Virus record (IMG/VR): IMGVR_UViG_3300023283_000145
Coordinates: 1 to 35,946 of that record
Strand: one strand, 5' to 3'
DNA: 35,946 nucleotides
Source: a virus
Taxonomy: Duplodnaviria; Caudoviricetes
A program made the position numbers and the translations under genes. This document shows positions 28,194-35,946 of the stretch, piece by piece (the first letter of the stretch is position 1; every line of letters begins with the position of its first letter). The notes below the pieces were generated by a model. That model was not told the origin of the DNA. It made no database searches and was given only the letters and a program-made list of their open reading frames with translations.

Positions 28194-28208
28194 TTGCCAA
28201 ACTCGCAA
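28194..28208. promoter_or_regulatory. Operator upstream of int
   Basis: TTGCC-AAACT-CGCAA, ending 28 bp before the int ATG. Confidence 0.6.
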
Positions 28209-28236
28209 ACGGTGGTGCCATGCTCGGGATCGTGCC

Positions 28237-29364
28237 ATGTGGGAGAAGGTTCGCTACGTCGTCGCGCGCAGGAACAAGCGGGGTGGGGGTGTCCGGTACT
28301 ATTGGGTTCGCCCGGGCTGCCGCACGCAGCGGCTCAGCGACGATCCCATCGAGCGCATGCGCGAGGCGCGCAAGCTGAATGACGCGGCGGATCGTGGCGA
28401 AGCGTCCCGGCCCGCCAGGGCGCGCGATCGCAGCCCACACGTGGCCCCTGGCTGCATCGCCGATGCGATCCGCCGCTTTCAGGCGCCCGGCGGCCCCATG
28501 GCCAGGCTGGCGCCGTCGACCCGCACCGTGTACCGGACCTATCTCAAGGGCTTCGAGCGGCTGGTCGGCGACTGTCCCCTGTCGGACCTGACCCGACCGG
28601 CCTGCGTCGAGCTCTTGTCGCGTTGGCAAAAGCCGGCCGCCCGCAAGATGGCGCGCAAGGTGCTGCACGTCTTGCTCTCGCAGGAAGTGAACGCGGGCAG
28701 GCTGCCGAGCAATCCGCTCGACGGCTATCGCGACGCGCCCGGGAACGGCCCGCGCCGCCGGGTCGCGAGCGCCGACGAACGCGCCGCCCTCGCGGCGGCC
28801 GCCGAAGGTGCCCGCCACGCCGACGGCGTGGCCATGATGCTGTTGCTGCTGACCTACACCGGCCAGCGGCCGGGCGACTGCCGCGCGCTGCGGTTCAGCG
28901 ACGTCCACACGGTCGAGGGCGCGCCGTGGCTCGACTTCGTGCAGCAAAAGACCCGCAAGCGCGTGCGCATCCCCCTGCACCCGAAACTGGCCGAAGCCAT
29001 CGCCGTGGCGCGGGCGCGGGCGGAGCTGGCGGGCGTCGCCATGCTCGACCGGACCATCGCCGCGCGGGCCGATGGCCGCCCCTTCACCCAGGAGGTCTGG
29101 CGCAAGGCCTGGAACGACCTGGTCGAGGCGGCCGGCTGCCCCGACCTGCAATCCCGCGATCTGCGCCGCACGGCGGTGGTCATGCTGGCCGAAGCGGGCT
29201 GCACCGTCCCCCAGATCGCCGCCATCACCGGCCATTCGATCAACGAGACCCAGCAGATCGTCGACACCTATTTCGTCGCCACCGACCAGATGGCCGCCGA
29301 CGCCATGGGCCGCCTGGTCGACTACGAGCGCCGGGGCAGGGGACGCGGCAAGGGTGGGGCGTGA
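28237..29364 (+). CDS. int: Tyrosine integrase
   Basis: TYTGQRPGD (Arg), QQKT (Lys), RDLRRT, ITGHS (His) and VDTYF (Tyr). N-terminal arm-binding-like VRYYWVR. ATG 28237. Confidence 0.92.
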   Translation: MWEKVRYVVARRNKRGGGVRYYWVRPGCRTQRLSDDPIERMREARKLNDAADRGEASRPARARDRSPHVAPGCIADAIRRFQAPGGPMARLAPSTRTVYRTYLKGFERLVGDCPLSDLTRPACVELLSRWQKPAARKMARKVLHVLLSQEVNAGRLPSNPLDGYRDAPGNGPRRRVASADERAALAAAAEGARHADGVAMMLLLLTYTGQRPGDCRALRFSDVHTVEGAPWLDFVQQKTRKRVRIPLHPKLAEAIAVARARAELAGVAMLDRTIAARADGRPFTQEVWRKAWNDLVEAAGCPDLQSRDLRRTAVVMLAEAGCTVPQIAAITGHSINETQQIVDTYFVATDQMAADAMGRLVDYERRGRGRGKGGA

Positions 29365-29696
29365 CTGGGGCGGGCCATGAGCGGTCGCGGGGCCTTGGCG
29401 CCGGTTGACGGTCGCCGCGGTCTCGTGCGTGCCCGAGCTGGTACGTGTCGACTGTGGCGCGCAAGCGCCGCGTTGCGCCGCTGGCCGGCGCCGGACGTAC
29501 GGCCCCTGTCGGCGCGTGATTTGTGCCATTGGCAATTCGTCCTCTCGACGCATTGGCCATTGGCAAGGCCGCCGAGGTTGCTAGGACAGCAGTAACACCA
29601 GACGCTTGGCGGGCTTCGCTTGCCACGCGGAAGGGCCTGAGTTGCCTTGAAAGCACTGACTTCCCCAGGGGTTGCTGCGATCAGGGAACGTCGAAT

Positions 29697-29768
29697 TTGC
29701 GATTTCGGCAAAGTTTCTGCTTGCGTCTCCCACGTGCTCGCGCTATTTTCGGTTTGCCAAAACAGCAA
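29697..29768 (+). promoter_or_regulatory. Accessory-operon sigma70-type promoter flanked by two operators
   Basis: TTGCG-ATTTC-GGCAA at 29697-29711, TTGCGT-N17-TATTTT at 29721-29749, and TTGCC-AAAAC-AGCAA at 29754-29768. Confidence 0.72.
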
Positions 29769-29785
29769 ACATAGGGAGCGCCGCC

Positions 29786-30016
29786 ATGCAGTCCGTACAT
29801 CCCGAACATGCTATCGCGATCGCCGAATGCCGGGCCGCCCGGATGGCCGGGGAGCGCGATATCGCCGCGATCTGTCTGCGCCGCGCGGCCGCCGCGCGCC
29901 GGCGGCTTGCCGAGGATGCCAGTATCTTCCGGCGCCAGCACGGTTATTCGATCTTTTGGCGCGACCGCCTCGACCGTCGTGCGGCCGCGCCCCGACGCAC
30001 ACGCCGCCGCGCTTGA
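29786..30016 (+). CDS. Small basic hypothetical protein (76 aa)
   Basis: AGGGAG RBS and ATG 29786: MQSVHPEHAIAIAECRAARMAG... Confidence 0.65.
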   Translation: MQSVHPEHAIAIAECRAARMAGERDIAAICLRRAAAARRRLAEDASIFRRQHGYSIFWRDRLDRRAAAPRRTRRRA

Positions 30017-30071
30017 GCCACCCCGGCCGGTCGCCGACCGGGCGGCCGGCCGCGCCACAAGGAGTTTCGCC

Positions 30072-30419
30072 ATGACCTTTCACCTTGAGCGCGGGCGGGT
30101 CCAGTACCGCCCGGACGAAAGCGACGATCGCGGGACCCCGCGGGAGATCGATGTCGAGACCGATGGGAACGGCTTGCTGCACCTGCAGGTCACGGACGGT
30201 GGCATCTGCGCCGCGCGCGACCCGCTCGACCGGGACGCGGCCGCCGCGCTGGCCCTGCGCATCCTGGTCGAGGTGGCGCCGGCCGCCGAAATCAACGGGA
30301 TCGGGGCGCCCCTGAGCGATCTGCACGACAGACTGCACCGCCAGCGCTGGCCGCGCGAGCGCGGGTTCCGGCCCCGGCCCGCGCGCCCCAACAAGCAAAG
30401 CCCCATGAGGACGTCATGA
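30072..30419 (+). CDS. Hypothetical protein (115 aa)
   Basis: AAGGAG RBS and ATG 30072; ATGA-coupled to the next gene. Confidence 0.72.
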   Translation: MTFHLERGRVQYRPDESDDRGTPREIDVETDGNGLLHLQVTDGGICAARDPLDRDAAAALALRILVEVAPAAEINGIGAPLSDLHDRLHRQRWPRERGFRPRPARPNKQSPMRTS

Positions 30420-31120
30420 GCTTTTTCTATGCCATCGGCGACGATGCCGAAGTGATGCACGGCCCGTATCCGACCGCCGCCGCGGCCATGGCCGAGGCCC
30501 GAGCCGATCTGAGCGACCGGCTGGCGTGGGGCGATCTGGACCGTCATGGCCAAGCGACGGTGGCGCTGGCGCCGGCCAAGGCGCCGAACCCCCTGACCGT
30601 CGCGCCGTCGGGCGACCAGGTGATCGAAACTTTGCTGGAGAATGCCGACGCGGCCGACGGCGACGACCCCATGTGGCTCGCCGACGAAATGGCGTGGTTG
30701 TCGTCGGTGTCCGAAGTGGCGCACGCCGATCTCGACCGCAAGCTGCGGGCGACGATCGTCGCGTGGCTGCGCGAGCACGACCTGTGGCCGGAGTGGCGCG
30801 GGGTCGGCGCCCCGACGTACATCGATGTGGCCGCCGACAGCCTTCCCGGCGCCGGCGCCTGGGTCCTGCCCGACGGCCGGGTCGTTATCGACAGCCTCGA
30901 CGACGCGCCGGGCATCGTCGGCAAGGTCGAGCACGACCCGGTCCAACACGGATTGATGCTGGCCACTGCGCCCGATCGGGACCGGCTGCGCCGCGCCGTG
31001 GCCGACACCAGCGCCGCGTTCGGCCTGGCGCGCTTGCCGCCCTTGGCGCGCGACCCTGGCGCCGCCTGGCGCTATCTCGACGCGCTGGCCGGCCATCTCG
31101 ACGGGACGCCCGCGACATGA
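30416..31120 (+). CDS. Acidic hypothetical protein (234 aa)
   Basis: GAGG RBS, high GC3, and N-terminal HGPYPTAAAAMAEA motif seen in phage early proteins. Confidence 0.75.
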   Translation: MSFFYAIGDDAEVMHGPYPTAAAAMAEARADLSDRLAWGDLDRHGQATVALAPAKAPNPLTVAPSGDQVIETLLENADAADGDDPMWLADEMAWLSSVSEVAHADLDRKLRATIVAWLREHDLWPEWRGVGAPTYIDVAADSLPGAGAWVLPDGRVVIDSLDDAPGIVGKVEHDPVQHGLMLATAPDRDRLRRAVADTSAAFGLARLPPLARDPGAAWRYLDALAGHLDGTPAT

Positions 31121-31560
31121 GCGCCCCGGCTCTGGGTCCGTCGCGGGCGGCCGCGCTGTTTTCCGGCCTGCTGACCAGGTCGGGACTGTCGCCGGCGGAC
31201 CTCGCGCGGCGCCTGCGGGCGATCGATCCCGAGGCGCCGCCAATCGCGCCGTCGACCCTGTCCCGCTATCGCACGGGAAAGCGCCGACCGGCGCCGGGCA
31301 TTCTGCTGTACCTCGACCACAAGGCGCGCACCCGCGCCGCCGGCTTCGACCCGGACGCGCCGCCGCGCCCGGCCAGCGACGGCCACGCCGCCAGCGTGGC
31401 CGGCCGCATCACCCGCGCCGCGCAAGAGGCCGCGCGGGCAGGGTGGTCGATCCGGATCACCGCCCCCGGCCGCGCCGCCCTGGTCGCCGCCGACGGCACC
31501 GAACTCGCCGAACTGGCCGGCCCTTTCACGAGCACCCCGACCCGGGAGGACACGACATGA
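31117..31560 (+). CDS. XRE-like HTH protein
   Basis: SGLSPADLARRL...APSTLSRYRTGKRRPAP; ATGA-coupled start at 31117. Confidence 0.72.
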   Translation: MSAPALGPSRAAALFSGLLTRSGLSPADLARRLRAIDPEAPPIAPSTLSRYRTGKRRPAPGILLYLDHKARTRAAGFDPDAPPRPASDGHAASVAGRITRAAQEAARAGWSIRITAPGRAALVAADGTELAELAGPFTSTPTREDTT

Positions 31561-31637
31561 TCGACGTTCAAGCCTTGTACAGCGGCGAAGCCGAGCCCTG
31601 GTTGCGGGGCGGCGCGACGAGGTGGGCAGCGACGTGA
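31557..31637 (+). CDS. Putative 26-aa peptide
   Basis: GGGAGGA RBS and ATGA coupling: MIDVQALYSGEAEPWLRGGATRWAAT. Confidence 0.4.
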   Translation: MIDVQALYSGEAEPWLRGGATRWAAT

Positions 31638-31646
31638 CCGCGCCCG

Positions 31647-32813
31647 GTGGCAGGCGACGGCAATCCCGGTCCCGCCCGGCCATTGCGCAGCGGCACCGTG
31701 TGCAGCGGCATTGGCGGCTGGGAGCTCGCCAACTCCGGAATGCGCCACGAATGGGCCGCGGAAGTCGGCAGGTTTCCGGCCGCCGTGCTGGCGCACCATT
31801 TCCCGGACCTGCCCAACGTCGGCGACATGATGCGGATCGCCACGGGGGAAATCGATGTCGGACCTGTTGACGTGCTGTGCGGGGGCACACCCTGCCAGTC
31901 GTTTTCGATCGCGGGATTACGAGACGGACTTTCAGACCCGCGTGGCAACCTCGCCCTGGCCTATCTTGAAATCGCTCGAAGCCTTCGGCCCCGCTGGGTG
32001 GTATGGGAGAACGTCCCCGGTGTCCGGAGTTCTCACACCGCGGGCGAACGCCAGGCGTACCGAAACAACGGTCGATTTGAACGATGGCAGCAAGACGAAA
32101 CGCGTGATTTCGCCTGCTTCCTCGCCGGACTTCAAGAACTCGGGTATCTGGGATGCTACCGGACACTTGACGCTCAATACTTCGGTCTGGCCCAGCGACG
32201 CCCGCGTACGTTCGTTGTCGCGTATCTTGGAGACTGGCGACCTGCCGTCGCGGTATTATTTAAGCGCGAAAGCCTGTGCGGGCATCTTGCGCCGCGCCGC
32301 GAAGCGGGGGCGACGGCTGCCGCCGTCCCTTCGTCAGGCACTGGCGTCGGGGGCGCGGATGACAGCCAGGCGCAGGCCGGCCACATGATCGCGGCCTATG
32401 GCGGCAACAACACCGCGGGGCCGATCGACGTCGCCACCGCCTGCACCGCGCACGGCGGGTCCGGCCGGATGGACTTCGAGACCGAGACCCTGGTCGCCGC
32501 CTATCGCACCAGCGGCAACAGCGGTGCCTACGCGACCGGCGCCCGGACCGACGCCCTGACCACCGGCAGCGACCCCAGCGCGCACCTCATTGCACAGCCG
32601 GCCGGGGTCCGGCGCCTGACCCCGCTCGAATACGAACGGCTGCAGGGATACCCGGACCACTGGACCGCAATCCCCTACCGCGGCCGCCCGGCCGCCGACG
32701 GTCCCCGGTACCGCGCCGTCGGCAACGCCTTCGCGGTCCCCGTCGTGGCCTGGATCGGCAAGCGCCTGACCCGGGTCGACGCGCTGCTGTCGTCAGGCCG
32801 GAGCCTCCCCTGA
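31647..32813 (+). CDS. DNA (cytosine-5) methyltransferase
   Basis: Motif I VCSGIGG, IV GGTPCQSFS, VI WENVPG, VIII QRRPR, IX RRLTPLEYERLQGYP and X GNAFAVPVV. Start could instead be TTG 31683. Confidence 0.93.
   Translation: MAGDGNPGPARPLRSGTVCSGIGGWELANSGMRHEWAAEVGRFPAAVLAHHFPDLPNVGDMMRIATGEIDVGPVDVLCGGTPCQSFSIAGLRDGLSDPRGNLALAYLEIARSLRPRWVVWENVPGVRSSHTAGERQAYRNNGRFERWQQDETRDFACFLAGLQELGYLGCYRTLDAQYFGLAQRRPRTFVVAYLGDWRPAVAVLFKRESLCGHLAPRREAGATAAAVPSSGTGVGGADDSQAQAGHMIAAYGGNNTAGPIDVATACTAHGGSGRMDFETETLVAAYRTSGNSGAYATGARTDALTTGSDPSAHLIAQPAGVRRLTPLEYERLQGYPDHWTAIPYRGRPAADGPRYRAVGNAFAVPVVAWIGKRLTRVDALLSSGRSLP
31855..32388 (+). CDS. Nested +1-frame ORF inside the C5 methyltransferase gene (177 aa)
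   Basis: GGGGGAA upstream of ATG 31855. Main-frame codons become A/T-ending over this span. Protein-like C-terminus SLSRILETGDLPSRYYLSAKACAGILRRAAKRGRRLP. Confidence 0.62.
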   Translation: MSDLLTCCAGAHPASRFRSRDYETDFQTRVATSPWPILKSLEAFGPAGWYGRTSPVSGVLTPRANARRTETTVDLNDGSKTKRVISPASSPDFKNSGIWDATGHLTLNTSVWPSDARVRSLSRILETGDLPSRYYLSAKACAGILRRAAKRGRRLPPSLRQALASGARMTARRRPAT

Positions 32814-32979
32814 CGGGAGGCCGCGCGCAAAGCGTGCCATCAAGCTCACTGTGCCCGGCTCCGGCCGACCGGTTCCCGGCAGCGGGCGGCGGAAGGTGAC
32901 ACCGGCCGGTGATTGCCTAAAGACCGACTCGCGGGGTGTCGGGTATGCTAATGCCCTCGCAAGAGGTTTGAGGTTATAA

Positions 32980-33639
32980 ATGTCCGATAACAGCATCAGC
33001 GATCTGCAGGAAGCGGCAACGGGAAAGTATAAGAATTTCTTTGGAGCGGTTTTGATCGATCCGCCATGGCGCTTCGACAATCGAACCGGCAAGGTTGCGC
33101 CGGAGCATAAGCGGCTGAGCCGATACGATACAATGTCGCTCGACGAACTGAAAATGCTCCCCGTCGGCGACCTGGCCGCAAAGAAGAGCCACCTGTATCT
33201 CTGGTGCCCGAATGCCCTCTTGGCGGAAGGGCTTGACTTGATGCAGTCTTGGGGGTTCACGTACAAGACGAATATCGTCTGGTACAAAATCAGGAAGGAC
33301 GGCGGACCGGATGGTCGGGGTGTGGGCTTTTATTTCCGAAACGTAACCGAGCTAGTTCTGTTTGGGACCAAGGGCAAGCTGCGGACACTTGAGCCGGGTC
33401 GACGTCAGACGAACATAATTACGCATCGCAAGCGCGAGCACTCCAAAAAGCCGCACACGCTGTATCAGATAATAGAGGAATGCAGCCCCGGTCCCTACCT
33501 TGAACTGTTCGCGCGTGAGCGCCGCAAGGGATGGGAGCAATGGGGCGACGAAGTCGACACCTACGAAGAAAATCGCCCCCGCTATAAAGGCTATGATTTC
33601 GAAATGCCCAAGGTCGACGAAGGCGAGCAAGTCGGGTGA
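32980..33639 (+). CDS. MT-A70-family adenine methyltransferase
   Basis: IDPPWRF, HLYLWCPN, WGFTYKTNIVWYK, REHSKKP, YLELFAR and WGDE. Confidence 0.93.
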   Translation: MSDNSISDLQEAATGKYKNFFGAVLIDPPWRFDNRTGKVAPEHKRLSRYDTMSLDELKMLPVGDLAAKKSHLYLWCPNALLAEGLDLMQSWGFTYKTNIVWYKIRKDGGPDGRGVGFYFRNVTELVLFGTKGKLRTLEPGRRQTNIITHRKREHSKKPHTLYQIIEECSPGPYLELFARERRKGWEQWGDEVDTYEENRPRYKGYDFEMPKVDEGEQVG

Positions 33640-33657
33640 CCGGCGCCGAACGGCGCG

Positions 33658-34254
33658 TCACGAATGTGGATCGTAACAGGCTGTGCCGATACCCACCAGG
33701 AGCAGCGGACAGCCGCCACCGCCGCCGCCGTCGACTTTCGGAATGAGCTTTCCCCAATGTGTTGTCGCCATGCCGTAAGACTTTCCCTTGCCAAGTAAAT
33801 TGAAAACTTTCTGTAATTCCCACAACCGGGTCACGATAATTCCGACGGATACAACATCAAACTGCCATAGCAAGCGAAAGTTATTCAGATCTCGGTCAAA
33901 GAATGGATCTTTGTTGTTCCATTCGACCTCGATGCCGATCCGGTTCTTGAAATTGTCGATTTTATGGCTCGGTTGTCGTGTGGCATTGTTGTCGACGACG
34001 ACCTGAATATCAAAATCGGTCTCTCGCCAGCCACCGCACACGTTCTGTAGATAGTTATCGAGTTCGATCGCGATTGGCGATTTGTTGCCCCCAGGAGCTA
34101 TGATGTTGGATTTCCGGAGAACGAAATTATCCAGACACGCCATGATGTCTCGAAATTCATTCGGAAAGTCGTTGTGCAATATGGCGCAGGCGTGATGCCG
34201 TTCCTCGATAAGGAATTTTTGGCGGAGATGGTCCGGGATCAAGTCTAGGCTCAT
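33658..34254 (-). CDS. BglII/BstYI-family type II restriction endonuclease
   Basis: HKIDNFKNRIGIEVEWNNKDPFFDRDLNNFRLL (PD-ExE-type core), convergent with MT-A70. Start at 34254 or 34266. Confidence 0.85.
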   Translation of the reverse strand: MSLDLIPDHLRQKFLIEERHHACAILHNDFPNEFRDIMACLDNFVLRKSNIIAPGGNKSPIAIELDNYLQNVCGGWRETDFDIQVVVDNNATRQPSHKIDNFKNRIGIEVEWNNKDPFFDRDLNNFRLLWQFDVVSVGIIVTRLWELQKVFNLLGKGKSYGMATTHWGKLIPKVDGGGGGGCPLLLVGIGTACYDPHS

Positions 34255-34301
34255 CGTGACGATCATTCCCCTTGCATGGCCACCAGCCACGAGGACAAGG
34301 G

Positions 34302-34331
34302 AAAGTGGCGAACGCGCGCGGATTCTGTCAA
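34302..34331 (-). promoter_or_regulatory. Putative promoter of the endonuclease gene
   Basis: Minus strand TTGACA-N18-CACTTT, with a GANTC site directly after the -35 element. Confidence 0.5.
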
Positions 34332-34623
34332 TCGAGCCGAGCGCTGCGCCGGTATCGGGGAAGGCCGGCCAAGGCCCGCTCTGGCGGCCGACGACCGCGT
34401 CTTGACCCAGGGAGTTTCCCGGGCGACCGGTCATTCCGCGCCCGGCCAGAGAGGGCGCGGCGCCGGCTTTCGCGGGCGCAAGTTTTGCATTTTTTGCAAG
34501 GACCGCGGCCGCGCGCTCACGACCGCGGCCGCACCCGGCCACGCCGCGAGACCACGCCGGCCGCCGCCGGCGCGTGGACAGGATGTGAACGGATTTTTTG
34601 AACGTGAACGCGCGCGTTCACAT

Positions 34624-34638
34624 GTTCCGTTAACGTTC
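34624..34638. promoter_or_regulatory. Alphaproteobacterial LexA (SOS) box candidate
   Basis: GTTC-CGTTAAC-GTTC is an exact GTTC-N7-GTTC match in an intergenic region. Confidence 0.45.
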
Positions 34639-34672
34639 GACTGGATTTTCAAGGACTTATAAAAATCCGGTA

Positions 34673-34687
34673 TTAACCCAAAGTTAA
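34673..34687. promoter_or_regulatory. CtrA binding site
   Basis: TTAA-CCCAAAG-TTAA (TTAA-N7-TTAA), about 80 bp upstream of fliI. Confidence 0.75.
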
Positions 34688-34765
34688 AACGGTCTCCGGC
34701 AAAGTTCCAAGCGGAAACCACAGGGTTCCCCCATACCATCTGGAAAAAAGCGCCGGGAGCCTCGC

Positions 34766-35946
34766 GTGTCGGCCCCATCCGTATTGAAAATGGTCGTCGA
34801 CGACCTCCGGGAAGCGTCGTCCGAGCATCACTACGGCCGGGTGGCCTCGGTGCTCGGCATGCTGCTCGAGGTGGTGGGCCTCGACCGCGTCCTGTCGATC
34901 GGCGGCCGCTGCGAGGTCGTCGCCCGCGACGGCCGGAGGGTCCTCTGCGAGGCGATCGGCTTTCGCGAAGGACGCGCCCTGCTGCTCCCGTTCGGCTCGC
35001 TCGAGGGCGTCAGTCTAGGCTGTCGCGCGGAGCTTGTACAGGCGGAACCCAGCATCAAGCCGCAGGATAATTGGCTGGGGCGGGTGGTGAACGCCCTGGC
35101 CGAGCCGGTGGACGGCAAGGGCCGCCTGCCGCAGGGGCACAGGCCGTATCGGCTGCGCGGCGCCCCGCCACCAGCGCACGCCCGCCAGCGGGTGGGCGGC
35201 AAGATCGACCTTGGCGTGCGGGCCATCAACACCTTCCTGACTTGCTGCCGGGGCCAGCGCATGGGCATCTTCGCGGGCTCCGGCGTCGGCAAGTCGGTGC
35301 TGCTGTCGATGCTGGCCCGCTATACCACCGCGGACGTGAACGTGATCGGCCTGATCGGCGAGCGCGGGCGCGAGGTGCAGGAGTGGCTGGAGGACGAGCT
35401 GGGGCCGGAGGGACTGGCTCGCTCGGTCGTGGTGGTCGCCACCTCGGACGAGCCGCCGCCGCTGCGCCGCCAGGCCGCCTATCTGACGCTGGCGCTGGCC
35501 GAGTACTTCCGCGATCAGGGCCGCGACGTGCTGTGCATGATCGATTCGGTCACCCGCTTCGCCATGGCGCTGCGAGAGATCGGCCTGGCGGCGGGGGAGC
35601 CGCCGGCCAGCAAGGGCTATACGCCGTCCGTCTTCGCCGAGCTGCCGCAGGTGCTGGAGCGCGCCGGTCCCGGCACGGACAAGGGGTCGATCACGGGCCT
35701 CTTCACCGTGCTGGTGGAAGGCGACGATCACAACGAGCCCGTGGCCGACGCCGTCCGCGGCATCCTTGACGGCCACATCGTCCTCGATCGCGCGATCGCG
35801 GAGCGCGGCCGCTATCCGGCGATCAACGTTCTGCGCTCGATCTCGCGCACGCTGCCGGCCTGCAACGACGACGCGGAGAATACCCTGATCCAGCGCGCGC
35901 GCAAGCTCATGTCCACCTACGCCGACATGGGCGAGCTGATCCGGAT
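34766..35946 (+). CDS. fliI: Flagellar export ATPase FliI (host gene, truncated at right edge)
   Basis: Open frame from GTG 34766 (GGGAG RBS; alternative ATG 34790). [38 protein letters not shown] and [13 protein letters not shown]. Confidence 0.93.
   Translation, partial: MSAPSVLKMVVDDLREASSEHHYGRVASVLGMLLEVVGLDRVLSIGGRCEVVARDGRRVLCEAIGFREGRALLLPFGSLEGVSLGCRAELVQAEPSIKPQDNWLGRVVNALAEPVDGKGRLPQGHRPYRLRGAPPPAHARQRVGGKIDLGVRAINTFLTCCRGQRMGIFAGSGVGKSVLLSMLARYTTADVNVIGLIGERGREVQEWLEDELGPEGLARSVVVVATSDEPPPLRRQAAYLTLALAEYFRDQGRDVLCMIDSVTRFAMALREIGLAAGEPPASKGYTPSVFAELPQVLERAGPGTDKGSITGLFTVLVEGDDHNEPVADAVRGILDGHIVLDRAIAERGRYPAINVLRSISRTLPACNDDAENTLIQRARKLMSTYADMGELIR

Larger units (their letters stand above)
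1..34640. mobile_element. Lambda-like siphoviral prophage (left end outside window; right boundary approximate, about 34340-34670)
   Basis: Contiguous tail, head, packaging, replication, immunity, xis and int modules, followed by host fliI. No att duplication can be checked in this window. Confidence 0.93.

Noticed and set aside
29150-29172. Integrase H-x-x-R motif reads R-D-L-R, suggesting inactivation
   Set aside because: The first His is variable among tyrosine recombinases, and the other catalytic residues are present.
28168-29553. 461-aa ORF antisense to int, with a GAGAGGA-preceded ATG at 29529
   Set aside because: Mostly the antisense shadow of int, and the unique N-terminus is low-complexity. 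An antisense transcript cannot be excluded, but there is no support for a protein.
34255-34542. N-terminal extension of the endonuclease ORF to 294 aa
   Set aside because: GC-rich low-complexity sequence that contains the likely promoter. The family-like sequence begins at MSLDLIP.
1-35946. Diversity-generating retroelement, retron, tRNA attachment site or gene transfer agent
   Set aside because: No reverse transcriptase, template/variable repeat pair or tRNA was seen. The presence of int, xis, repressor, replication genes and cos indicates a true prophage rather than a GTA.

Overview
Almost the whole window (1 to about 34.6 kb) is a high-GC, lambda-like siphoviral prophage. Its right boundary lies just upstream of a host flagellar ATPase gene (fliI, running off the right end). 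A CtrA-type box, an alpha-type LexA box and the DnaN C-terminus suggest an alphaproteobacterial host (inference). The minus strand carries the late module: a >1590-aa tail-tip protein running off the left end (absent from the ORF track), NlpC/P60, DUF1833, distal tail, tape measure, tail chaperones with a probable -1 frameshift, tail tube, head-tail proteins, DUF2190, a ClpP-capsid fusion, portal, TerL/TerS and a beta-class DNA methyltransferase. These are followed by a lambda-like cos site, a P-loop replication protein and cro. The plus strand carries a cI-like repressor, an early operon with a beta sliding clamp and Xis, an AT-rich moron, a tyrosine integrase, an accessory operon ending in a C5 methyltransferase, and a convergent MT-A70/BglII-family restriction-modification pair. 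The most notable observations are: DUF4214-like repeats inserted in an FnIII domain of the tail tip; a probable nested gene in the +1 frame of the C5 methyltransferase; about 10 dispersed TTGCC-N5-GGCAA operators; a repressor lacking its autocleavage lysine; and a prophage end next to the CtrA-boxed fliI promoter. All family calls come from motif recognition by eye, with no database searches.
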